Assembly (NCBI GenBank): GCA_965203555.1
Contig: CBDBCY010000004.1
Span: 384,001 to 448,000, forward strand
Source: Acidimicrobiia bacterium
GTDB taxonomy: Bacteria; Actinomycetota; Acidimicrobiia; Spongiisociales; ZC4RG35
Reading direction: 5' to 3'
DNA: 64,000 nucleotides
Below the pieces are notes generated by a model. That model had not been told where the DNA came from, searched no databases, and saw only the letters and a program-made list of their open reading frames with translations. Position 1 is the first letter of the stretch. The number at the start of each line of letters is the position of its first letter. The translations under genes and the position numbers were made by a program. Shown piece by piece: positions 17,594-26,996 of this stretch.

Positions 17594-19147
17594 TCACCGG
17601 GCGAGGATGTTGTGGAGGCGGTAGAGGAACGTAACGATTTGTGCTCGGGTTACGGTCCCGTTGGGGTCAAACCGGCCTTCTCCCACACCAGCGGTCATCT
17701 TGGTGGCTACGGCCCACCCTATTGCCTCATCCGCCCAATGTCCGGCTGGGACATCTGCGAATGTACCAGAACCAAGGGGGACGGTGGTGGGCGCATCGGC
17801 GAGGATGTTGTGGAGGCGGTAGAGGAACGTAACGATTTGTGCTCGGGTTACGGTCCCGTTGGGGTCAAACCGGCCTTCTCCCACACCAGCGGTTATGTTG
17901 TTGCCCACCGCCCATCTGATAGCTTCATCCGCCCAGTTCCACGGGCTGACATCAGCGAAGCTTCCTCCCCACTGTCGGGCGTCGTAGTTGTCCCACCAAT
18001 CGTCGTTAGCGGTCTCGTACGCAGCGCGGGCGCTGCCGTATGCTGCTGCTGCGGCGCTAAGAGCGGTGCGGGCTGTCAGAGCTGAGTGGATAGCGTCTAT
18101 TGCGCCATCTCCCTCAATGTCCTGGCTGCCGGCTATGGCCACCAAGGCTCTTGCTGTTCGGTGTTCGGCGGTGCGGAGGGCTTCGAGAACATCTCCAGTG
18201 CTGGCGGTAGTGTCAGTACCGCGGGCCTGGGCGACAGCCGCGGCTAGCACCGCATCGTGGTATGCGTTGGTAGCGTTCCCGACCGCGGCGACGGCCGAGT
18301 TTTGTTCTTGGCGGTAAGCATTTTCAGCGTCGTTCCATTCGTCAAGTGCCGCATCAACATCTTCCCACTCTTGGGCGATAGCGGCGGTTCGGGCATCATT
18401 ACGGGCGGCGAGAGCTTCGAGATCCGCGGCGGTCAAGCTATCGTGCCAAGTGGTAAGTGCCATATCCTGAGCAGCGTTGGAAGCCTTTAGCGCTGCTCGG
18501 TCAGCATCCTGGTTTGTTTCGATGGTCTCACGGTCCGCCACCAGTAGGGTATGGGCCGATGTCAGAGCATCGTGAGCGGTAGTGAGACCTCGGGTGCGAT
18601 CCTGTGCAGCAGACAAAACGTCCGTAAACACTGCCGTGTCGCCGGTAGCAACACCCTCAGCGGCGCCCCGGAGTGCCTCAGCGGCGGCCCGGTAAGCCGG
18701 AACAGCCTCATCGTTGTAGGCGGCTATTACCGCTTTCAAGGCTGTGTGATCTGGCTCCGGTGTCTGGTAATCAATCTGCGCCGCGCGTAAGTTTCGCCAG
18801 GCATCCCACGCCTCGTCAGAGGCATCAAAGAGAGCAAAGAGGTGAGCTATGTCGGCGTCGGTGGCCTCAAGATTCGTTGTTCCGTTGGCCAAATTATGAA
18901 ATCGATACAGGAAGTCAATCAACCGGGACCGGGTTACCGTGCTGTTGGGTTCAAACCGGTCAGGTTCCACTCCCTCGGTTATGTTGCTGTTCACCGCCCA
19001 TCCGATAGCCTCATCCGCCCAATGCCCGGCTGGTACATCCGAGAAACCATCGGAACCCGGCGGGATGTCTGCGCTCGATGGGGCAATGACACTTACCAAG
19101 AGAACTACGAAGACAGCAGCAACCACGGATCTGCGCCAGCGCGTCAT
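17594..19147 (-). CDS. Secreted S-layer homology (SLH) domain protein with Ala-rich helical centre
   Basis: Signal peptide; three FxDV...WADEAIxWAV...G...FxPNxTVTR repeats. Confidence 0.85.
   Translation of the reverse strand: MTRWRRSVVAAVFVVLLVSVIAPSSADIPPGSDGFSDVPAGHWADEAIGWAVNSNITEGVEPDRFEPNSTVTRSRLIDFLYRFHNLANGTTNLEATDADIAHLFALFDASDEAWDAWRNLRAAQIDYQTPEPDHTALKAVIAAYNDEAVPAYRAAAEALRGAAEGVATGDTAVFTDVLSAAQDRTRGLTTAHDALTSAHTLLVADRETIETNQDADRAALKASNAAQDMALTTWHDSLTAADLEALAARNDARTAAIAQEWEDVDAALDEWNDAENAYRQEQNSAVAAVGNATNAYHDAVLAAAVAQARGTDTTASTGDVLEALRTAEHRTARALVAIAGSQDIEGDGAIDAIHSALTARTALSAAAAAYGSARAAYETANDDWWDNYDARQWGGSFADVSPWNWADEAIRWAVGNNITAGVGEGRFDPNGTVTRAQIVTFLYRLHNILADAPTTVPLGSGTFADVPAGHWADEAIGWAVATKMTAGVGEGRFDPNGTVTRAQIVTFLYRLHNILAR
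17600..17893. repeat. Identical 96-bp duplication in the SLH repeats
   Basis: 17600-17695 equals 17798-17893. Confidence 0.85.
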
Positions 19148-19303
19148 ATGCTAAAGCGACCCTTCGGTTCTCTGATACGCACCCGCACAACAGCTCCTTT
19201 GACGGTTGGGGGACCTCCGAACCTGGCTCGCTCCCCTCGGACCGTTTCCCGCTGAATCCTATCACCGGAAGAAGCGAGGCACAATATCCCAAACACATCG
19301 CAC

Positions 19304-19359
19304 GGATTCAGTCTTCAATCGCCCCTCCCGTAGACGGGAGGCGGGAAGGACTTGAATCC
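19304..19359. repeat. Isolated imperfect palindrome
   Basis: GGATTCA-GTCTTC-AATCGCC-CCTCCCGT-AG-ACGGGAGG-CGG-GAAGGAC-TTGAATCC. Confidence 0.7.
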
Positions 19360-19801
19360 ACCGATCAGGCGGTATGGGTGAGAAGTGGCGGTATCTTGAG
19401 AACTCCGTAAGCGTAAGAGAGGCAGTCGAGCCCGGCCTGCGCCACTATAGAGTCGGCGAGCTGGAAAAGGCAGCCGGAGTGTTCATCGATGAGGATGCGA
19501 TGGCTGGGCTCGAAGGAAAGCTCGTCCCAAGAGCTCACGCGGCATGGACTACGGAATTCGGAGGGGGATCATGTGGTGACGGACTTTCGGAAGAACATGC
19601 ACTTTGAGTTAGAGTCCGGCAGCGCGTTTGTGTGGCCGAATTAACGGAAGGTCGTCTGTGATGCAGCCCCAACAGCGTAATAGGAACGAAAGGTAGTGGT
19701 GAGCGGGTCAGTCGTGCAACAATTGGTGTCCTTTGGCGGGTAGCCGTGTCGCTGGACAACACCAAGACGACATTGCTCGTTTGGCTACCGATATGAGAAC
19801 A

Positions 19802-19990
19802 TGGCGGAACCTCAACCATGTCGAGTAAGCCACCTTGGAGTAGGTGGACTGGTTTAACCATCGGTGGCTCCTCGAATCCATCGGACACATCCCACCAGCA
19901 GAGAAGGAGGCCAACTACCATCAACAGCACACCCCAGCACCCCTACCTGGTGTCAAGCAAAACACGCTTCGGTAAGCCTGGGGCGGTTCA
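19802..19990 (+). mobile_element. IS3-family 3' relic with terminal IR
   Basis: WRNLNHVE*ATLE*VDWFNHRWLLESIGHIPPAEKEANY with internal stops; ends ...CCTGGGGCGGTTCA. Confidence 0.8.
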
Positions 19991-20015
19991 GTTCAATGAC
20001 TGATCGGAGACTCCA

Positions 20016-20832
20016 ATGGCCATGTTCGACCCCAACCTGACGCGCGCGGTCGCTAGGATCTCCTCAGCCGACAACATGAGACACGGCACAGGGTTTCTCT
20101 TCGATGCCCCACCTCCAAGGGAAGAAAGCAGGATGGGTACCTGGTTCGTGACTTGCAAACACGTCTACGAGGGGATTCGCGAGGACGGGGACAAGGCCCT
20201 CATCTGGTTCAACGGCAACAGCGACCACTTGGGGGTCATACCGATGGAGGTTTGGGTCGCAGGCACCGAAGGGGGGGTGGCTTTGGACCCTGCACGACCA
20301 GTACGACGTGGCCGTCCTAGCGTTCTATGCGCTGGAGGAAAACCCCAACATCAGCTTCGCGAGACTCCCCCGGAAAGACCACTCCCTCGACAGACTGCAA
20401 GCACAGCAGATCGGGATTTCCGAGGGGGATGGAGTTTACATCTTGGGATTCCCTGTCGGGTGGGAGCCGTCCGATCGCCGCCATTACCCGGTCGTCCGAT
20501 TCGGGGTTGTGGCCCAAATCCAGGGACTCTATGACGGGTCGCACTCGACGTTCCTGGTTGACGGATCCGCGTTCGGGGGCAACAGCGGCAGCCCAGTGCT
20601 CACCAAGTTCGAGGTGGCTGGCATCCGGGGACTTCCGGTAGTCGACAGCACCAACCTGATCGGGATGGTCAGTGCATACAAGCTCAACCCGTCTCTTCTG
20701 GGCGAGATTTCAGAGCAGCAGGTGCTCTCCCGATTGATCGCAACCGAGAACGCCGACCTGATAACAGTGATCCCGGTAGACCACATCGACGAGACAATCG
20801 GCATGGCCTGCGAGAAGTACGGGATCACTTAA
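20016..20832 (+). pseudogene. Trypsin-like serine protease, frameshifted in a G7 run
   Basis: GTGFLF, VTCKHV (His), YDVAVL (Asp), GGNSGSPV (Ser); deleting one G at 20271-20277 joins the two ORFs. Confidence 0.8.
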
Positions 20833-20889
20833 ACGGGGAAAACGTCCTGGGTCCTCACGGATAGCTAATCTTCGAGAGTGTATCGCCCC

Positions 20890-21120
20890 GATGCTCCTAT
20901 GTTTGTCAAATCGGGTTTCGGTGGGGTGGGAGGGTGGTGAGCCATTGGTGGTAGCGGGTGGCGAGGTGGTGGTCGTGGTATTGGCCTCGTTCGAGTTGGG
21001 AGATGCGTGTTGGGTAGGTTCGGAGGGCTTCGGCGGCGTGGTTTAGGGTTGTTCCGGCGTTTTTGCGTAGGCAGCGAAGGTCGTTGCCGTGGAGCGTGGG
21101 GTGTGGGTTGGTGAGCCTCC
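20890..21120 (-). mobile_element. IS110-family 3' relic
   Basis: GNDLRCLRKNAGTTLNHAAEALRTYPTRISQLERGQYHDHHLATRY followed by TTGACAAACATAGGAGCATC, resembling actinobacterial IS110 right ends. Confidence 0.6.
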
Positions 21121-21195
21121 TAGTCAGGTGTTTCTGCCGGTAATGTCAGGTGCTGGAAGTCAGTTCGGGGAAACCTTGGGGGTCGTGGTCGGGTC

Positions 21196-22833
21196 GTGAA
21201 AGAGCTGGAGTGTCTACTGGAAAGTGTCCCGAATTCATTACCACTGTGGGGCCTCCTGGGACGGGGCGACCCTCAGGGTGCTGTAATCGAGGCCAGTTAT
21301 GAAGCAATCCGGCCGGGACTCCCTCCCGAGGACATTCACAATCGGTTGAATGCTGTTGCTTGGTTGGTGTATTGGCTCATGCGCTACGGTCACGGGCCGC
21401 GGTCGCGAAGCCAACGCGTGGATTCTCTCCGTCGTTTGCCGGGCTTTGGCAAAGCATGGTCGTTAGCGGAGCACCACCAGAGCATGAAGGATTATCTGTC
21501 ACAGGTGGTGTTTGGTGTGAGGGCATACGAACATCAGGACTGCCTGATCCGCCTTGCCTACAACGGACAGCCCGGGCTTGCCCTGCTCTCGAAATACCTG
21601 ACATATAAAGCAGGTGTTGATCTCAATCTCTCTCTCAATCCGTACGTAGACGCTCTCGCGGAATACGCCGAGAGCGCCGCGGCCTCAAGAAACTGGTTCC
21701 GTTCACCCTCCCAGATCAGGAACCTTGCTAGAAAGGCGACGGACCATGTAAAAGGTCCGATCCGGCCCTATTTGGACCCGACACTCCAGACCCCGATAGG
21801 CGTGACCCTCGGCGATTTGGAAAAGTATTGGAATGAAATCTCGGCTATCAGCCTTTACGACTTTTGGATCATGCAGGCAAAGGAGTCGCCCAACAGGTTC
21901 ATACATATCCGCGAGAAATTCGTAGGAAACATGGCAAGAGCAGCTGAAATATCGCGAGAGTCGGCTGATGAGATCACCAAGACGTTGACATTGAACAAGG
22001 ACAATGCTCAAGATCCTGATTCGGCTGCTGTTCACAATCCTCAGTTGACGCCCATTGTGGAGTTCGAGGGCGGGTTGTTCCTGGTAGCACCTCTCCTTAT
22101 CCCATCGTTACCCTCTCACCAAACCATGAAGATGCTACAAGTGGCCTACGCCGGACAGCCCTTTCTCAAGTTGGGCCATGACCTGGGCAAAGAGGGCGAG
22201 GAACGGGTAGCTGCCCTATTAGAAAAGAAGCTCCGAGGGGACATTCGGATCGATACCAACGTCTTGACGATTGAAGGCCGCCGCCAATGTCCCGATCTCG
22301 ACGTGGTGGTTTATTCCCCCGGCGAGGTGTTGATAGTCATGCAGGTCAGATGGCACATCATGGTCAACAACCAACACGAAGCCCTTCTTCAACAGAGAAA
22401 CGCCAGGAAGGACCGCCAAGACCTAGAAACACTCCGTGACAAAATCAACGCCGGAGGGGTGCATGTGCAGTGGCCCTCAGAGTGGGGGAATGTTGACGCT
22501 GATCGATGCGAACGTAGATGGTTCGTCTTAAACCATGACACAATGCCCGTACACGACATTGGTGACAGCGACATCAAAATGCGGTCGTACATGCTGATCG
22601 AACACTTGTTACCTGGGACAGAGCACTCGGCACACGACCTGGTAAAGCTGTTGGACTGTCCACCTACCCCAGCAGCAGGAGACCCCCGGTTGGACAGAAT
22701 CCGGTACGGGGGGATCCAGATAGAAGCGGAACACCCCGATTTTCACCCGGACCAGCCACCCCCGTTTGACGACCTATCAGAAATCGTCCGTCTCGTCCTC
22801 AACCCTGCGGCACGCTACGAGCAACGTCAATGA
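21196..22833 (+). CDS. Hypothetical protein with C-terminal PD-(D/E)xK/NERD-like domain
   Basis: 545 aa; LGKEGEERV...PDLDVVVY...LIVMQVRW. Confidence 0.55.
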   Translation: MKELECLLESVPNSLPLWGLLGRGDPQGAVIEASYEAIRPGLPPEDIHNRLNAVAWLVYWLMRYGHGPRSRSQRVDSLRRLPGFGKAWSLAEHHQSMKDYLSQVVFGVRAYEHQDCLIRLAYNGQPGLALLSKYLTYKAGVDLNLSLNPYVDALAEYAESAAASRNWFRSPSQIRNLARKATDHVKGPIRPYLDPTLQTPIGVTLGDLEKYWNEISAISLYDFWIMQAKESPNRFIHIREKFVGNMARAAEISRESADEITKTLTLNKDNAQDPDSAAVHNPQLTPIVEFEGGLFLVAPLLIPSLPSHQTMKMLQVAYAGQPFLKLGHDLGKEGEERVAALLEKKLRGDIRIDTNVLTIEGRRQCPDLDVVVYSPGEVLIVMQVRWHIMVNNQHEALLQQRNARKDRQDLETLRDKINAGGVHVQWPSEWGNVDADRCERRWFVLNHDTMPVHDIGDSDIKMRSYMLIEHLLPGTEHSAHDLVKLLDCPPTPAAGDPRLDRIRYGGIQIEAEHPDFHPDQPPPFDDLSEIVRLVLNPAARYEQRQ

Positions 22834-22933
22834 CATTTTCTAGTGGTCGGTTGATCTACTAGGGGAGTGGAGCCTATGATCCGGCTAGTGGGGACTGCCG
22901 ATCTCGTTCCATCAGGTCGCCTGGGACGCCGCT

Positions 22934-23278
22934 GTGAGTGCTGGCGTGAGTATTGAACACCGACGTGGGAATGCCCGCTGGTGTGAGAACTGCGCCACGG
23001 CACGTCGACGGCGGCAGAAAGCCGTTTACGCTCGTCGTTGGCGGGACTCGAAACACCTGTGCGGTATGCCCCCCGCTGACTGGTATGTGGAGAACCCGGA
23101 TTTGTCGGACATGTGGGTGTGCGGCACGCCCGATCCTGGTGTGTGTGCCCTGTGCGGCGAGGAGGGACTGGTGGCACTCTGGCGATTTCCAGCGTTTTAC
23201 ACAGCGGTGTGTTCGCCAATCCGACCGGACTCTCATCCCTGGCCATTCTCGTTCTCGCGTCATACCCCGCTGCGCTGA
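22934..23278 (+). CDS. Small Cys-rich (CxxC) hypothetical protein
   Basis: RWCENC...CALC; N-terminus may be frameshifted. Confidence 0.35.
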   Translation: MSAGVSIEHRRGNARWCENCATARRRRQKAVYARRWRDSKHLCGMPPADWYVENPDLSDMWVCGTPDPGVCALCGEEGLVALWRFPAFYTAVCSPIRPDSHPWPFSFSRHTPLR

Positions 23279-23431
23279 ATGGGTGGGGGTACCGGATTGC
23301 TGAGGGAACGCCTTGTCGTTGATGTGATCGGAGTGGGCTAGGGCGTACCGCTACCCAGCCGACGCCGCTCCGCCCGGAAGCCTGGGCGCGTTATGTCCCC
23401 ATAAGGCGCCCTTGAGGTTCGTCCAGGCGTG

Positions 23432-23471
23432 GCTATGGTTCCGACTTGGGTAGCTATGGTTCCGACTTGGG
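23432..23471. repeat. Tandem 19-bp repeat (21-bp period)
   Basis: GCTATGGTTCCGACTTGGG-TA-GCTATGGTTCCGACTTGGG. Confidence 0.85.
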
Positions 23472-23645
23472 CCCGACTGGCGAGTGTCTGGAATATTCGA
23501 AGAAGTGTGGCGGAGTACGACAGAAGACTTGGGCCAAATCCACCGCGATCAGGCCATGAAACCGTGGCAGATTCGGGCTTAGACCGTGTCAAAGCCCTTT
23601 CCATGCAGGCCTCTGACCTGCGCTTTGCATTTACGCGCCAGCGCC

Positions 23646-23700
23646 ACAAGGGCGGGGTTGGCGCGAAACTGGGTGGGTTTGGGATTTTATGGTAGTGGGG
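23646..23700. repeat. att-like repeat copy 2: first 8 nt of the tRNA plus leader/promoter
   Basis: 23646-23665 equals 818-837; 23653-23700 matches 5248-5295. Confidence 0.88.
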
Positions 23701-23931
23701 CGGTTCACCCCCCACCCCTAAACACGCCCATCACCCCCACCCGAACCTCCCACCGGTCAGGCTAAAGCATTACCGAGGCCCACGACTCGTTAATCACGTC
23801 AACAAGGTGCGGTGTCACCGTAGGAGACAGCCGATCCTGGGCACTGATCCCCTCTGTTTTTGGTTAGGGTGTTGGAGAAGCTTGCCATCTCAGGACCAGA
23901 TACGGCCACCGGATGTTTGGAACGGCCCCAG

Positions 23932-25401
23932 ATGATGCGGATTCTGTCACTTGTTCCCGGACTACCGAGGGTCGGTTTGGTGTGCCTGGCAGCCGTCGTC
24001 CTGTTCTCCGCATGCGGCGGGGAGGCGGATCCGACGACTGAGACCATTCCGACCACGACCTTGCCGGAGCCGACCACCACGGTCCCGGCCATCACCATGC
24101 CGGAGGCTTCCGAGGAGATCCCTGATTTCGAGATCGGCCACGGGACGGTTTGGCGAGATGTGTTCGAGATGCTGGCCGGCGCTGAGCAATCTTGTGTTCG
24201 CGACGCGGTTGGAGCGGATCTGAACCGGGTGTTGAGCCGGGAGATCCTGGATGAGGATGAGGTCGGTCAGCAGGAATTGGCGCTCCTGCCATGTCTCCCT
24301 CCCCGAATACTCAGGACGGTGTTCCTGACCGGCATGATGCTCGGAATGGAAGATGACGGAGTCCCGGTTGCAGAGGAGCAGGAAGCCTGCTTGCGGGAGG
24401 TGGTTGACGAGATGGACATGGCCGCCCTCATCTCCGTATTGGCTTACGAGGCCGGTGGTTCCAACGACGCCGCCGAGGCGGAGGACGCGGCCCAACTCCT
24501 GGAGATGATGGCCGGTTTCCTGAGATGCCCGACCACATCCTCGGAATTGTCCGGGCGGGTCGTAGTCTCTTCTCTGTTGGAAACCACAGTTGCAGCTCCG
24601 ATGGACCTGCACACCGGACTCGACATGCTGGAACCCGGCGACGCGGAGGTCTTTAACTGGCGACCGGGCATCCCCGATGACCTGCCAGCGACAGCGTACC
24701 GATTGACCCTTTTCGGCAAGGGGGAATATGCCGATCCGCCGCGACCGCCGAGCGAGTTGATTGTCGCAACTGTATGGCCGAGAGCGATCAAGGCGAACGT
24801 GTTGTGTCTTGTAGACGGAGCACAAGTTCCATGCTCGAACCGCGCGGCCGTATGGAGGGTGGAGTTCGACGGACCAGCCATGGCCTTGCTGGAACTGCCA
24901 GAAACCGAACGCCGCCGCGACGTCATCTTTTTAGAAGAGCGGGACGGCCGACCCGAGGGAGTAATTCCAGTATCGCACACACGGCCGATCGACGGGTGGG
25001 ATGTCCCCTTCCCCGCAACCGGAAACGCACCTCCGGTAGTCACCAACCCCCTTGGAGGATGCGACTGGGTTCTGTTCATGCAAACCCTCGAACCGCGGGA
25101 GACGTTCACACCGATTCGTACCCGAGATTCTGCCAGACCGGTGTACATGCTCATCAGCGTCTGTGCGGACTACCCGACCAGCTACGAGATAGCTCCATTA
25201 GTCGTGGTAAACGAAACCACGGTCGCCCATCTCGACGGGTTCCGACCCTTTGTCGCCCGACCAGGTGCCACCTACGCTTGGAAACTTCCCGACGAGTTGT
25301 TTGACGCCGGAAACAAGATCAGGGGAGTGGTCGTCCGCAGGGCACCAACGAGGCGGGGGGTTTGGGTCACCCATCCGCTGTTTACCAACACGGACTCGTG
25401 A
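23932..25401 (+). CDS. Putative lipoprotein, unknown function
   Basis: Lipobox-like VLFSAC, Thr/Pro linker, acidic helical domain with spaced Cys. Confidence 0.65.
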   Translation: MMRILSLVPGLPRVGLVCLAAVVLFSACGGEADPTTETIPTTTLPEPTTTVPAITMPEASEEIPDFEIGHGTVWRDVFEMLAGAEQSCVRDAVGADLNRVLSREILDEDEVGQQELALLPCLPPRILRTVFLTGMMLGMEDDGVPVAEEQEACLREVVDEMDMAALISVLAYEAGGSNDAAEAEDAAQLLEMMAGFLRCPTTSSELSGRVVVSSLLETTVAAPMDLHTGLDMLEPGDAEVFNWRPGIPDDLPATAYRLTLFGKGEYADPPRPPSELIVATVWPRAIKANVLCLVDGAQVPCSNRAAVWRVEFDGPAMALLELPETERRRDVIFLEERDGRPEGVIPVSHTRPIDGWDVPFPATGNAPPVVTNPLGGCDWVLFMQTLEPRETFTPIRTRDSARPVYMLISVCADYPTSYEIAPLVVVNETTVAHLDGFRPFVARPGATYAWKLPDELFDAGNKIRGVVVRRAPTRRGVWVTHPLFTNTDS

Positions 25402-26210
25402 CCAGGAAACGGGCCGGACGGGCGGTGGTGATCCTATCGACAAATGGGAGTTGCTGGCAGACAGGAGGTCACTACAAGGCAGTTGCTATCAGTTCCCGTA
25501 TGGCACTGCGCGGCAGGCTCATCAGACGGTGCGGGGTGAGGGACTCCGGTGCTGGTGATGGCGATCATCACTGGGGCATATCAGGGCCACCTGGGTCGCT
25601 TATCGACAGGGTGCTCCTAGACCGCCTGTAGGCAGTAACCCTGTTTGCCTGATACTGCTAGCGAACCGGTGATTCGACGAAGTACAGCGAAGAGTCCAGA
25701 ACGAACCGTTGGCCATCGAGGACGCAGGGAGACTCTGTTCCATGGGATTCGCCAGTTGCTCACCGCTGCTTCCAAGAGAATCGGGGGTCTTTTCCTCCAC
25801 ACCGAGCGCGGCAGCATGAAGGTTCTGGAGGTATCGTAACGGCTATGTCAGACCCGTTCCATGGAACAGTGTCCTTGCCAAACCAGCCACCGCCTGTCCA
25901 AGACCAACGATCCGGGCCAGCGGCGAGCACTCGGCTGAGATCACCGGCACCCTTCCGCAAATGTTCCCTGAAGTTCTTTGCTGCCAGCTGTCCGGATTCT
26001 TCTGGGCACGTGCTCATCGTGCGGGATAAGGCTTGACTTCAGCAGAGATGTCCGACGCCGTCATTTACCAGCGGTCACATTACCCTTCCCGAGGCGCTTG
26101 GTTATCTTGTCTGGCGGCGATGCTGCTTCCTGCGATCCGCCCGGTTGATGACGATCATCGAAAGTACCCAGAGTCGATCAGCGAAAGTTCCCACCCTGGG
26201 TTGGGTGGTT

Positions 26211-26996
26211 TTAGGCTAGCAGGTCTCCTTTCGGTCGGTGTTTTCGGGCTTGGGCTTGGTAGCTTCTCAGGCGGTAGCTGTCGCCGGTGATGGTGAACAC
26301 CACGCTTTTGTGGAGCAGCCGGTCGAGCATGGCGGCGGCGATGGTGTGGTCGGAGAAGATCTCTCCCCACGACGCGACACCGAGGTTGGTGGTGAGAATG
26401 ATCGATCCTTTTCCGTACCGTCTGGAGATGACTTGGAACAGGGTGGCGGCGTCTTCTGCCGGCATGGGCAGATAGCCCAGTTCGTCGATGATCAACACTT
26501 TGGGGGTGTTGAAGAACCGCAACGTTTGGGCCCATCGTCCTTGTAGGGCGGCTTTGCGGCACCGCGCCGCCAGGTCCGCAGCGGTGGTGTAGTACACCTT
26601 GTGACCGGTGTCTACCGCGGCGCGGCCGAGGATGACCGCCAGCATGGTTTTGCCCACGCCGGGCGGTCCGATGAACAAAACGTTGGAGGCATCGGCCAGG
26701 TAGGCCCCGGTAACCAGCTCTCTTACCAGTTTCTCGTCGACGCTGGGTTGGGCGGTGAAGTCGAAGTCTTCCAGTTGCCATCTGGTGGGGAAGTTCGCCA
26801 GTTTGAGACGGGTTTCCCATCGCCGTTGTTCGGTGGTCTCGACTTCTACTCGAAGTAGACCTTCAAGGAACTCGGTGTGGCTTTCACGGTTGGTTCGTGC
26901 CTGTTCGAGGTGGGTGGGGAGCGCCTCGGCGGCGGCGGGTAGGTTGAGGTAGGCCAGATGGCCTCGCAGCTGTTGGTACACCGATTGGTTCATCAC
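26211..26996 (-). CDS. istB: IS21 helper ATPase
   Basis: GPPGVGKT, LIIDELGY, AMLDRLLH, GDSYRL. Confidence 0.95.
   Translation of the reverse strand: MMNQSVYQQLRGHLAYLNLPAAAEALPTHLEQARTNRESHTEFLEGLLRVEVETTEQRRWETRLKLANFPTRWQLEDFDFTAQPSVDEKLVRELVTGAYLADASNVLFIGPPGVGKTMLAVILGRAAVDTGHKVYYTTAADLAARCRKAALQGRWAQTLRFFNTPKVLIIDELGYLPMPAEDAATLFQVISRRYGKGSIILTTNLGVASWGEIFSDHTIAAAMLDRLLHKSVVFTITGDSYRLRSYQAQARKHRPKGDLLA

Noticed and set aside
19304-19359. CRISPR array
   Set aside because: Only one repeat-like unit, no spacers and no cas genes in the window
23432-23471. Mini CRISPR array
   Set aside because: The two 19-mers are separated by only 2 bp, so there is no spacer
23696-23707. IS3 terminus (minus strand TGAACCGCCCC) adjoining the tRNA-leader repeat
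   Set aside because: Only an 11-bp match with no adjoining IS3 sequence; may be chance
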